Shown: positions 10,721 to 19,383, numbered from the stretch's first letter. The stretch: DNA of 64,000 nucleotides from a bacterium (GCA_037147175.1 JBAWVS010000001.1:43680-107679); one strand, 5' to 3'. A program made the numbers and translations. The notes: generated from the letters alone by a model not told the origin.

Positions 10721-10945
10721 ATGTATTTTGCAAAAACAGATAAATGGTATTTAGAAAGAGTTATTTGGCTTATTGCAGGAACTATCACAATAATAAGTGC
10801 TGTTCTTTCATACTTTGTAAGTCCATATTGGCTTATTTTAACTGCATTAGTCGGACTTAATCTTATAATATTTGCTTTTACAGGTTTCTGTATTATGGCA
10901 AACTTGCTTGTTAAATTAGGATTTAAGTCAGGAATACAAAATTAA
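10721..10945 (+). CDS. DUF2892 (YgaP-like) small membrane protein
   Basis: 74 aa, two TM, FTGFC motif typical of the family. Confidence 0.6.
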   Translation: MYFAKTDKWYLERVIWLIAGTITIISAVLSYFVSPYWLILTALVGLNLIIFAFTGFCIMANLLVKLGFKSGIQN

Positions 10946-10964
10946 GATAAAAGAGGAAATAAAC

Positions 10965-11402
10965 ATGAGTAAATTTACACAACTTGCAAAAGAACATTAT
11001 GAAAAGGGCAGTTCTTGTTCAGAGGCTGTTATTAAAGCAGCACACGACTGTGGTATTTATAAATCTGACAATATAGAAGAAATCCATAAAATTGCTTCAA
11101 TGTTTTCAGGGGGAATGTCGAGCGGTTGTGTTTGCGGTGCCGTTGCAGGGGCACAAATAGTGCTTGGCTGTGTATTTGGCAAAAATTCCACAGGAAATAC
11201 TAATTTAAACAGAACTGTTGCGAGTGATTTTATAAAAAAGTTTAAAGAAAAAAGAAAAGTAACTTGCTGTACTTCTTTAAGTGCTCCGTACAAAAATAAT
11301 CCCACTGAACGCAGAAAAAACTGTGTTTCTATAGTTGAAGAATCTGCACAAATTCTTGAAAATCTTGTAAATATCTACTCAAAAGAAGAAATTAATGTTT
11401 GA
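10965..11402 (+). CDS. C_GCAxxG_C_C family putative redox protein
   Basis: SCSEAV ... GGMSSGCVCGAVAGAQIVLG ... CC and CV Cys positions fit the family signature. Confidence 0.7.
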   Translation: MSKFTQLAKEHYEKGSSCSEAVIKAAHDCGIYKSDNIEEIHKIASMFSGGMSSGCVCGAVAGAQIVLGCVFGKNSTGNTNLNRTVASDFIKKFKEKRKVTCCTSLSAPYKNNPTERRKNCVSIVEESAQILENLVNIYSKEEINV

Positions 11403-12393
11403 GATTAAGAAATATTTAAGCGGTTTAATTCTTGTAGCTGTACTTACAACTTTGGCTGTTTATATTCAAAATATTCCGTTAGTTAAAAGTTTAAGCCTGA
11501 GTGCGATTATTATTGCAATACTTCTCGGAATGCTGATAAAAAATACTATCGGCACAAAAGAGATTATGAACGAAGGCATTAAACTCTGCTCTAAAAAAGT
11601 ATTAAGACTTGCGATAATCCTGTTGGGTTTTAAACTAAGCCTTTTAGAAGTTTCTAAACTCGGCTTTAAAGCCGCAATAATTATTCTTATAATCACTTCA
11701 GCTACTTTGATTTTTACAAGGTATCTCGGTAAAAAACTTAATATATCTCGCAGTTTATCAATTCTAATCGGTGCAGGTACTTCAATTTGCGGAGCTTCTG
11801 CAATAGTTGCAGTAAACGCTGTTACTAAGTCAGAAAATGAAGAAGATGTTGCATTTGCTGTCGGCATAGTAACAATTTTTGGAACAGTATTTATGCTTTT
11901 CTATCCGGTTTTATTTCACGTTTTTCATATAAATACAATTTTTTATTCGTTATGGGCAGGAAGTTCTATTCATGAAGTTGCTCAAGTTGTAGCGGCAGGT
12001 TTTGCTGCGTCAAATCAGGCAGGAACTTTTGCTACTGTGGTTAAACTTACAAGAGTATTGCTTATAGTTCCTGTTACAATTCTTTTAAGCATAAGAGAAT
12101 CTAAAAGAAAGAATTCAGATAAATTCAGCTTTAAAAATATAACAATACCTTGGTTTGTGTTGATGTTTTTGGGAGTAATAATAATAAATTCGCTAAATAT
12201 AATTCCGCAGAATATATCAAAAAGCTTAATAAATATTGATAATTATCTAATGACCGCAGCTATGATCGGATTAGGACTTGAAACAAGTTTGTCAGGAATG
12301 AAAAAAACAGGACTCAAACCAATATATCTGGGAGCTATTTCATCTGTATTTATCTCTGTTTTTAGCATAATAGTCATTTTCTTCATTAAATAA
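11395..12393 (+). CDS. YeiH/UPF0324-family membrane protein (putative sulfate-exporter family)
   Basis: 332 aa polytopic protein. GAGTSICGASAIVA motif characteristic of YeiH. 8-nt overlap with the preceding gene. Confidence 0.7.
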   Translation: MFEIKKYLSGLILVAVLTTLAVYIQNIPLVKSLSLSAIIIAILLGMLIKNTIGTKEIMNEGIKLCSKKVLRLAIILLGFKLSLLEVSKLGFKAAIIILIITSATLIFTRYLGKKLNISRSLSILIGAGTSICGASAIVAVNAVTKSENEEDVAFAVGIVTIFGTVFMLFYPVLFHVFHINTIFYSLWAGSSIHEVAQVVAAGFAASNQAGTFATVVKLTRVLLIVPVTILLSIRESKRKNSDKFSFKNITIPWFVLMFLGVIIINSLNIIPQNISKSLINIDNYLMTAAMIGLGLETSLSGMKKTGLKPIYLGAISSVFISVFSIIVIFFIK

Positions 12394-12415
12394 TTTAAAA
12401 TAGTTTTTTATTTAC

Positions 12416-12697
12416 CTAAAAGTCAAAAGCACTCATTTTCAGGCATTGTTCAAGCTCATAGCGGTCAATATGGCTTTTTAAAAGATATCCGATTATTAAA
12501 GAGCTGGAGATTACATCTTTTACGCTAATATCAACGTTATTTCTTGCCATATCAAGTAACTCAGCATAATCATTTATAGCCTGAAGAACTTCTAAATTCA
12601 TTCTTTCTTCCATTAATTTCTCAGTTTTCTTAGATTTCTCAAGGCTAGTAAAGAATTTTTTTATTTGTTTCCTTAAGCTCATTTTATTTAACCCCAA
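12416..12697 (-). CDS. Hypothetical protein (93 aa)
   Basis: ORF only; no recognisable motif. Confidence 0.4.
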   Translation of the reverse strand: MGLNKMSLRKQIKKFFTSLEKSKKTEKLMEERMNLEVLQAINDYAELLDMARNNVDISVKDVISSSLIIGYLLKSHIDRYELEQCLKMSAFDF

Positions 12698-12859
12698 TGA
12701 GGATATTAATATGCTTGAGTTATACCCTTAAGCGTGATTTTTTAAACAGTTTTTAATTTATTTCCGTACGTAATTGGTTAGGTTCCAGACAAGAGCTATG
12801 AACCTGTGTTATCAGAAGAAGAGAAAATGTTATTACAGAATTTGGAAAACTCTTTTCTT

Positions 12860-13456
12860 TTATTTTGACTTCATCCTGACAAAATCTAATAGTAATTTAA
12901 ACTGACCGTTGTCAGCTGCTTTTAATGCTTGAATATATTTATTTCTTAACTCTGAAGATTCAAGAAGACTGCCTTCTCCCCAAGAAAACCGAGGCTGCCC
13001 TAAGTCTTTCATTAAAATATCTGTCATTAACCTTGAATGCCTGCCATTCCCATTTGGAAAAGGATGAATCCATACTAAACGGTGATGAAACCTTGCCCCT
13101 ATTTCATCAGGTGGATAAGTTTCATTTTCAATCCAGCATTTTGTATCTTCGAGGAGATTTCTAAGATCATTTACTATTTGCCAAGCAGGAACTCCTATGT
13201 TTCTTTCCGTTGTTCGAAATCTTCCTGCCCAACTCCAAACATCTCCGAACATTTTTTTATGAAGTTTTTTAATAAAATCTTCTGTTAAAATATTTTTTTG
13301 TTTTCTGCTAAAAACCCATTTTTCAGCATTTAATATCCCTGCACGTTCAATTTCATTAAGCTCTTTTCTTAATGTAATCCATGTAGGAATCAATTCATTT
13401 TTTTCTTCTTCCGTTAAAGGCGTTGAAGATTCATCAACTTCAAATAAATTATCCAT
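12860..13456 (-). CDS. Fic/DOC-family protein, 'mobile mystery protein B' type
   Basis: Fic motif HPFPNGNGRHSR. About 198 aa; start overlaps the stop of the upstream XRE gene (TAATG). Confidence 0.85.
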   Translation of the reverse strand: MDNLFEVDESSTPLTEEEKNELIPTWITLRKELNEIERAGILNAEKWVFSRKQKNILTEDFIKKLHKKMFGDVWSWAGRFRTTERNIGVPAWQIVNDLRNLLEDTKCWIENETYPPDEIGARFHHRLVWIHPFPNGNGRHSRLMTDILMKDLGQPRFSWGEGSLLESSELRNKYIQALKAADNGQFKLLLDFVRMKSK

Positions 13457-13917
13457 TACTCTTCATCCCATAATCTTGCCGTAGAGCCGCTGAGTAGCTC
13501 TTGGACAAGAGTTTCAATTTCATTATGTGTATTACTGACTGAAGCTTGATTTTCGAGCCTCATAGTGTGTTCTGCTTTATTTAATAATGTCATTGCCTTT
13601 TTCTTAGCTTGTTCATGTACCATTGATTCTAAATCTTGTTCAGGTACGAGTGCATATACGAATCTACAACCTAATGCCTCTGCAACACTTTCTATAGTAT
13701 TAAGTTTTAAATTTCCTAAAACTTCATCTTTTTCAATTGCTATTACTCTTGGTTGAGCAACATTCAATCTTTTTGCCAGTTGAGCTGTAGTCATCCCTAG
13801 TGCATTACGAATAGCCCTTATCCATCCTTTTTGAGGACGTACAAAAATGCTTAAATTTTTAATTTCTGAAAACTTTGCATCAAGATGTTTTCTTGCTATT
13901 TTACTACTGTTGCCCAT
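13456..13917 (-). CDS. XRE-family HTH protein, 'mobile mystery protein A' type
   Basis: HTH GMTTAQLAKRLNVAQPRVIAIE. 153 aa, always-paired architecture with the Fic partner. Confidence 0.8.
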   Translation of the reverse strand: MGNSSKIARKHLDAKFSEIKNLSIFVRPQKGWIRAIRNALGMTTAQLAKRLNVAQPRVIAIEKDEVLGNLKLNTIESVAEALGCRFVYALVPEQDLESMVHEQAKKKAMTLLNKAEHTMRLENQASVSNTHNEIETLVQELLSGSTARLWDEE

Positions 13918-13921
13918 AATG

Positions 13922-14003
13922 ATAACCTATACATTATTTTATTCTTTATTTATTATAACCTATAGATTATTAATGTCAATAAATATTATAACCTATATAT
14001 TAT
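13922..14003. repeat. Three direct repeats ATAACCTATAnATTAT at exact 33-bp spacing (iteron/operator-like)
   Basis: Copies start at 13922, 13955 and 13988, read directly. The first begins 4 nt upstream of the XRE gene start. Confidence 0.7.
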
Positions 14004-14245
14004 AATATTTATTTAAGGAGTTAATTGTAAAAAATAGTAAATATTATGATAAAATCGTTACTTAAGTTCATGAATCATAAAAAATTATAAAAAACCGCCG
14101 TCTAAATCCCGTCTAATTGAATAAATTTTGCTTTAGTTTGCGGTAATTATATAAAAACAACAAAAAAATGGAATTTCAAGATATTTGTAGATTACAGCAA
14201 GCCAAATGGCAGCAAAAGCAAGTATATAGCGACTTTGGGGTGGTA

Positions 14246-14276
14246 GGGGTCGCAGGTTCAAATCCTGTCGTTCCGA
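14246..14276 (+). other. tRNA 3'-half-like fragment (T-arm GCAGG-TTCAAAT-CCTGT + 7-nt acceptor strand + discriminator), no 5' half
   Basis: GGTTCAAATCC T-loop followed by CGTTCCG-A. No complementary CGGAACG within 300 nt upstream, so it is not an intact tRNA. Confidence 0.5.
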
Positions 14277-14283
14277 TTCTTTT

Positions 14284-15315
14284 TTAAGCTTCCATCAGAT
14301 TAATTTTTTTTAAATAAAGCTCTTGAACCAATACACAAATAGAAGCCGCGAGAGCCGGTGACAAAATTATTCCAAATAGACCTAACGTGCTTCCCGCTAT
14401 TAAAATAGCTGAAATTATAATTATAGGATGGAGTTCAAGGAATTTACCAAGAATTAAAGGCATTAATAAAACATTTTCAACACGATGTATTACAAAATAT
14501 GCAACTACTACATATAAAGCGAGCCATGGATTATCAGCAAGAGCTACTATAATTGCAGGAAGGGTAGCTATTATGGGTCCGACAATCGGTACTATTTCCA
14601 GAAGTCCCGCTATTAAACCTAATAAAAAGGCAAATTTGATACCCACAATCGCCAAACTAAGAGATGAAAGTACACCGACAGCCAACATAAGCAAAAGCTC
14701 CCCTCTTACATAACCGCCAACTTTTTTTGAAATTGTAGCAATTATAAATTCGGTTTTTTCTCTGTAGTTAAATGGGAAAAACCTTAAAACACCCGTTTTT
14801 ATTTCTTCTTTATCAAGAAGAAGGAATAATACCAGTACTGCAAGTGTAAATGTCATTATAATTCCGGCAAAAATATTGACTGTAAGACTTATTGATTGAT
14901 TTACTATATCTTTGCTAAAAGCAGTTATATTTGTAAATGCCTGCGAATAATCAGGAATATAGCCGGTACTTTCTATTAAAACTTCTCCTTTATCAATTAA
15001 AAATTGAACATGCGTCCAATATTTAGGGAAATCTTTAACGAATTCTTGTGTTTGATCCGTTAAAATTGCAAAAAACGGTACTGAAAGAATAGATAAAATC
15101 GTTAGTCCAACAAGATAAATTATTCCAACTGCAATGCCTCGTTTCATTCTTTTGCTCATCCAGTCAACAGTGGGATAAAGAGCGCTTGCAATTACAAAAG
15201 ACGCAAATAAAAGCAAAATAACATCTTTTGTGTGGTAAATAAAAATAACCAGAAGAGTAAACGCTATTAAAGCTGCGATGCTTTTAGGAGAAATTATTAT
15301 CTTTAAAGAACTCAT
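14284..15315 (-). CDS. AI-2E family transporter (PerM/UPF0118)
   Basis: 343 aa, about 8 TM. LLEIVPIVGPIIATLPAIIVAL motif typical of the family. Confidence 0.8.
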   Translation of the reverse strand: MSSLKIIISPKSIAALIAFTLLVIFIYHTKDVILLLFASFVIASALYPTVDWMSKRMKRGIAVGIIYLVGLTILSILSVPFFAILTDQTQEFVKDFPKYWTHVQFLIDKGEVLIESTGYIPDYSQAFTNITAFSKDIVNQSISLTVNIFAGIIMTFTLAVLVLFLLLDKEEIKTGVLRFFPFNYREKTEFIIATISKKVGGYVRGELLLMLAVGVLSSLSLAIVGIKFAFLLGLIAGLLEIVPIVGPIIATLPAIIVALADNPWLALYVVVAYFVIHRVENVLLMPLILGKFLELHPIIIISAILIAGSTLGLFGIILSPALAASICVLVQELYLKKINLMEA

Positions 15316-15336
15316 AATGTCTTTCCTTTTTGATAA

Positions 15337-16641
15337 TCACTCTATCACTTTAATTATTAAATCCGGTATTTGAGGCTTTTCAAAAGAAATTTCGTAAGCC
15401 TGATTTAAAAGTTCCTTTGCATTTTGACCTGATTCTTCAGAATTTGCGTAAATTTTAGCTAAAGGCTCACCTTTAGTTATCGGATCACCTGTTTTTTTGT
15501 ATAAACGTACGCCCGCTGTGTAATCTATGGGATCTTCTTTCTTTTCTCTTCCTGTTCCAAGAGCTTTGCTGGCTTTTGCTACGGTAAGCGCATCAAGTCT
15601 GTTTATATATCCTGAAGACTCAGAAACAAGCTCATATTCAAACTTTGTTCTGATTAAAATATCAGGATCTTCCAAATATGAAACATCTCCATTTTGAGCT
15701 TTAATAATTTGTTTGAATTTTTCAAAAGCACTGCCATCTTTAAGTTTTTGGGCTAATAATTCTTTTCCTTCTTCTATAGTTTTAACTTTGCCTGCTTTGA
15801 TAAGACTAATGGCTCCAAGATATAAGCAAAGTTCGGTTAAATCAGAAGGACCTTTGTTTTGAAGAGTTTTAACAGATTCGTAAACTTCAATACCGTTTCC
15901 TACTGTGTTTCCAAGAGGCTGCTCCATTGATGTAATTACGCATATAACAGGTTTCTCCGCTCTTTTGCCTATTTCTGTCATTGTAACGGAAAGTTTTTCG
16001 GCTTCCTCAAGAGTTTTCATAAAAGCGCCGCTTCCGCATTTTACATCAAGAACTATAATATTTGAGCCTGCAGCAAACTTTTTAGATACTACAGAAGCTG
16101 CTATTAAAGGAATACTGTCAATGGTAGAAGTAACATCCCTTAATTCATAGATTTTTTTGTCAGCAGGAGTGAGATTAGCAGTCTGAGAAACAATTGCAGC
16201 TCCGACATTTTTTACCTGATTTATAAATTCTTCGTTAGAAAGCGAAGCTCTAAACCCTTTTATTGATTCAAGTTTATCAATAGTGCCACCTGTAAAACCA
16301 AGCCCTCTTCCGGAAATCTTAGCAACGGGGATACCGGCAGCTGCTAGAAGTGCAGCTAAAATAAGAGTTGTTTTATCACCGACACCACCTGTACTGTGTT
16401 TGTCAACAATAACATCTCCCAAATCACTTAAATCAATGATATCTCCTGAATTTACGATAGCTTGAGTAAGCATATAGCTTTCATCGAAATTCATGCCTTT
16501 TAAGCAAACAGCCATGAGCCACGCAGAAAGCTGGTAATCAGGAACAGTACCATCAAGGATTCCTTTTGTAATAAAATTTATTTCTTCTTGAGAATTAGCA
16601 TTTCCGCTTTTTTTTATAGCTATAATGTCTACCATTCTCAT
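15337..16641 (-). CDS. pdp: Pyrimidine-nucleoside (thymidine) phosphorylase
   Basis: 434 aa. DKHSTGGVGDKT and GRGLGFTGGTIDKLES motifs. Confidence 0.9.
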   Translation of the reverse strand: MRMVDIIAIKKSGNANSQEEINFITKGILDGTVPDYQLSAWLMAVCLKGMNFDESYMLTQAIVNSGDIIDLSDLGDVIVDKHSTGGVGDKTTLILAALLAAAGIPVAKISGRGLGFTGGTIDKLESIKGFRASLSNEEFINQVKNVGAAIVSQTANLTPADKKIYELRDVTSTIDSIPLIAASVVSKKFAAGSNIIVLDVKCGSGAFMKTLEEAEKLSVTMTEIGKRAEKPVICVITSMEQPLGNTVGNGIEVYESVKTLQNKGPSDLTELCLYLGAISLIKAGKVKTIEEGKELLAQKLKDGSAFEKFKQIIKAQNGDVSYLEDPDILIRTKFEYELVSESSGYINRLDALTVAKASKALGTGREKKEDPIDYTAGVRLYKKTGDPITKGEPLAKIYANSEESGQNAKELLNQAYEISFEKPQIPDLIIKVIE

Positions 16642-16682
16642 AATACAGATTTATTCCTGTTTTATCTTTCCGAAGAATTTTA

Positions 16683-17705
16683 TTATACTCTTATTTTATT
16701 AACTGTAAAAGCTTTATTTGTATTTAAACTTAGTCTGTTTGCCAAATTAATTGCTTCCAGCATGCTTTGATAATTTGCCTTATTTTGTCCTGCAATATCA
16801 TATGCCGTCCCATGACTGGGAGAAGTCCTCAGTACAGTAAGGTTTATCGTGGTATTTACGGCTTTATCCATTGCAAGCATTTTAACAGGAATCAAACCTT
16901 GATCATGATAGCAAGCTATATAAGCATCATAAGGCAAAGCTTCCCCTCTCAGGTACGAATTTGCTGCTTTTGCCCATAAAGTATCTGCCGGAAAAGAACC
17001 TTCTATGGATATTTTATGTTCGTTTTTAAGATTATTTAGTGCAGGTTTAATTAAACAATTTTCTTCATTTCCCAATAAACCGTTCTCGCCTGCATGAGGA
17101 TTTAATCCGCAAATCGCAATTCTCGGGTTAGTTAATTTAAAATCTTTAATTAAAGAATTATTTAAAGCTAAAATTGATTTTATAATGCCTTTTGTAGTTA
17201 ATGAAGAAGCAATAGCATCAAGCTTAATATGTCGTGTAAGCAGCATTACCCTTAAATTTTCTGCAACAAAAAGCATTTCAGGGCTTGCATCCGGGTCAGT
17301 TCCTAAAAATTTTTCTAAAATTTCTGTTTGACCTGTGTAATGATAACCGGCATTGTTAATCGCCTCTTTTGATAAAGGAGCTGTAACTATAGCCTTAATC
17401 TTTTCTTTATTTGCAAGTTCGCACGCTGTTTTAAGAGAAAGAAAAGAATGTTCTCCTGCTTCTACAGTTGGTTTTCCGATTATAATTTTTGAAACATCAA
17501 GCGGAATATTAAAAAATTCAATTTCATCAGGTAAATTAAAACCCAATTCGGCGGCAGTGTTAAAAAGTAAATTTGTATTTCCTATAAGTATAATTTCATC
17601 CGGACTCACAGAAAGATTCGGGGAATTAAGCGCCTTAATTATTATTTCAGGACCAATCCCGCCCACATCGCCTATTGTTATTGCTATTTTTTTGCTGCGT
17701 TCCAT
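16683..17705 (-). CDS. pdxA: PdxA-family NAD-dependent 4-hydroxythreonine-4-phosphate / 4-phospho-tetronate dehydrogenase
   Basis: GLNPHAGENG and SPSHGTAYDIAG motifs. The adjacent DUF1537 kinase raises a PdxA2-type role (see findings). Confidence 0.8.
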   Translation of the reverse strand: MERSKKIAITIGDVGGIGPEIIIKALNSPNLSVSPDEIILIGNTNLLFNTAAELGFNLPDEIEFFNIPLDVSKIIIGKPTVEAGEHSFLSLKTACELANKEKIKAIVTAPLSKEAINNAGYHYTGQTEILEKFLGTDPDASPEMLFVAENLRVMLLTRHIKLDAIASSLTTKGIIKSILALNNSLIKDFKLTNPRIAICGLNPHAGENGLLGNEENCLIKPALNNLKNEHKISIEGSFPADTLWAKAANSYLRGEALPYDAYIACYHDQGLIPVKMLAMDKAVNTTINLTVLRTSPSHGTAYDIAGQNKANYQSMLEAINLANRLSLNTNKAFTVNKIRV

Positions 17706-17734
17706 TATTTCCTCAAGATGACAAAAAAGAAAAC

Positions 17735-19027
17735 CTAGGGCTGATGCTGCTTAAAGTATTTAAGAATGCTTACCAGCGTGTTTGGCATTCCAAAGTTGCC
17801 TGATTTTGTAACAATCCATTGAGCATCCAGGTCAAGACAAAGAGGAATTGCAGGTTCAACTTCGTCAATAAGTTGTAATTGCTTGCTTCCTATAGCATTG
17901 CAGCACTTATATGACGTTTCTCCTCCAATGGTAAGAAAGATAAGGTTTTGTTTTTTAATGACTTTATTGCTTAAATTTGCCAGATAGTCAGTAATAATTC
18001 TGGAAATCTTTTCTTTTTCCATACCCAATTCTTTAAGTTTTTCTTCTTCATCTTCATCAGAAACATTAATATGCACTGCAACGATTTTTTCTGTTTCAAG
18101 ATGCTCTAAAATTCTTTTTACAAGCTCTTCAGAAGGTTCTAAAAGTACGTCTTCCAACGAAAGCTCGAGTACATAAGAGTCAAACTCGTCAGATTCCGCG
18201 AGTTTTTTAATCTGTGTCTTGGAAAGACTTGCCATACTTCCTGAAACAATAAGAACAGGAAGCTTTGGAATGACTTTAGGGATATGCTGGTATTTTGTAT
18301 CGGGAAGCCATGATTTTGTAAGTACTTGTGCAAGACCGGCAGAACCGCAAGGAAGAAGGTTATAGTTTGATTTTTCAATAGCGAGGGCTATTTGTTCCAT
18401 ATCTGTTGTAGAAACGGCATCAACAACAATGAGTTTTTTCCCTTCTTTGACAAGCCTGTTAAGTTCTAACAGCACGGGACCTGCACCTTTCATAACCGTT
18501 ATTAGCTGAATATGACCGATGATTTCATCATTATCCGCCTGTTGTTTTAAAAGAGTCGGTATATGCGACTGAAATATAGGAGAATGCGGATCTCTGGCAA
18601 CTTCAGTTCTTTCAAGAGGAACCCCTTTTAAAAGATGATAACCTCCTACGGTTGTTCTTCCTTCAGCGGGGAAAGCAGGAACTATAACAGCAGCATCGCC
18701 TTTCATTGTGTTTAACACAGCCAAAGTTTCTTTTGCCACATTACCTCTTAATGTTGAATCTATTTTTTTATAGATATATTCTGCATTAAAATTATTTATA
18801 AGTTTTTGAGTTGCATCAGTAACTACTTCACAAGCTTCTTTGGCAGGTTTATTTCTTGTTTCAGTACTTATAGACCATGCCTGAGTGTTGGATTTTCCTG
18901 AAGGTTCTATAGTGTAATCAAGCAAAATCTGGATATTACAGCCTTTTAAGTGAAATTGCAAAGCAGTATCATTTGCACCGGTTAAATCATCGGCAATTAT
19001 ACCGATAGTTTTACTTTTTAAAGTCAA
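17735..19027 (-). CDS. Four-carbon acid sugar kinase family protein (DUF1537)
   Basis: N-terminal IGIIADDLTGANDTALQF, 430 aa. Confidence 0.75.
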   Translation of the reverse strand: MTLKSKTIGIIADDLTGANDTALQFHLKGCNIQILLDYTIEPSGKSNTQAWSISTETRNKPAKEACEVVTDATQKLINNFNAEYIYKKIDSTLRGNVAKETLAVLNTMKGDAAVIVPAFPAEGRTTVGGYHLLKGVPLERTEVARDPHSPIFQSHIPTLLKQQADNDEIIGHIQLITVMKGAGPVLLELNRLVKEGKKLIVVDAVSTTDMEQIALAIEKSNYNLLPCGSAGLAQVLTKSWLPDTKYQHIPKVIPKLPVLIVSGSMASLSKTQIKKLAESDEFDSYVLELSLEDVLLEPSEELVKRILEHLETEKIVAVHINVSDEDEEEKLKELGMEKEKISRIITDYLANLSNKVIKKQNLIFLTIGGETSYKCCNAIGSKQLQLIDEVEPAIPLCLDLDAQWIVTKSGNFGMPNTLVSILKYFKQHQP

Positions 19028-19047
19028 TTATTTTCTCCTTAATAGAA

Positions 19048-19383
19048 TTATTCATTCACAAAGGATGATTCGCCCTTGCCACCAAGAAGACGCAGATTGG
19101 TACCTCTTACAAAGTATCTTTCTCTTTTGTTTCCTTCGTTATCTGTCCATCCGCTTACGTCAAGACGACCTTCTATTGCAACAAGACGACCTTTTTTAAC
19201 ATATTCACCGGCTATTTCAGCGCTTTTATCCCATAATTCTATGTTAAACCAGTCAGTTTTATCGCCTTCTTTGGTCCATCTGTTTACGGCAACAGAAAAA
19301 GCAGTTTTAACTTTACCGGATTCAAAATATTTCATTTCCGGATCTTGACCGACTCTCCCTACAAGAACAACAGAATTTATCAT
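19048..19383 (-). CDS. ssb: Single-stranded DNA-binding protein, short form without acidic tail
   Basis: OB-fold VVLVGRVGQDPEMKYF...DWFNIELW. Ends ...GGKGESSFVNE with no DDDxPF tip. Confidence 0.85.
   Translation of the reverse strand: MINSVVLVGRVGQDPEMKYFESGKVKTAFSVAVNRWTKEGDKTDWFNIELWDKSAEIAGEYVKKGRLVAIEGRLDVSGWTDNEGNKRERYFVRGTNLRLLGGKGESSFVNE

Noticed and set aside
12760-12860. Possible plus-strand gene remnant (…PDKSYEPVLSEEEKMLLQNLENSFLLF*) between the 93-aa ORF and the Fic gene
   Set aside because: It has no start codon or RBS and is too short to assign. It could be a relic but is unsupported.
14169-14288. 39-aa ORF (MEFQDICRLQQAKWQQ...) and the possibility of an intact tRNA/tmRNA
   Set aside because: The ORF merely reads through the tRNA-like fragment. 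No 5' acceptor strand, D-arm or anticodon arm could be paired, and a permuted tmRNA would have to overlap the perM CDS.
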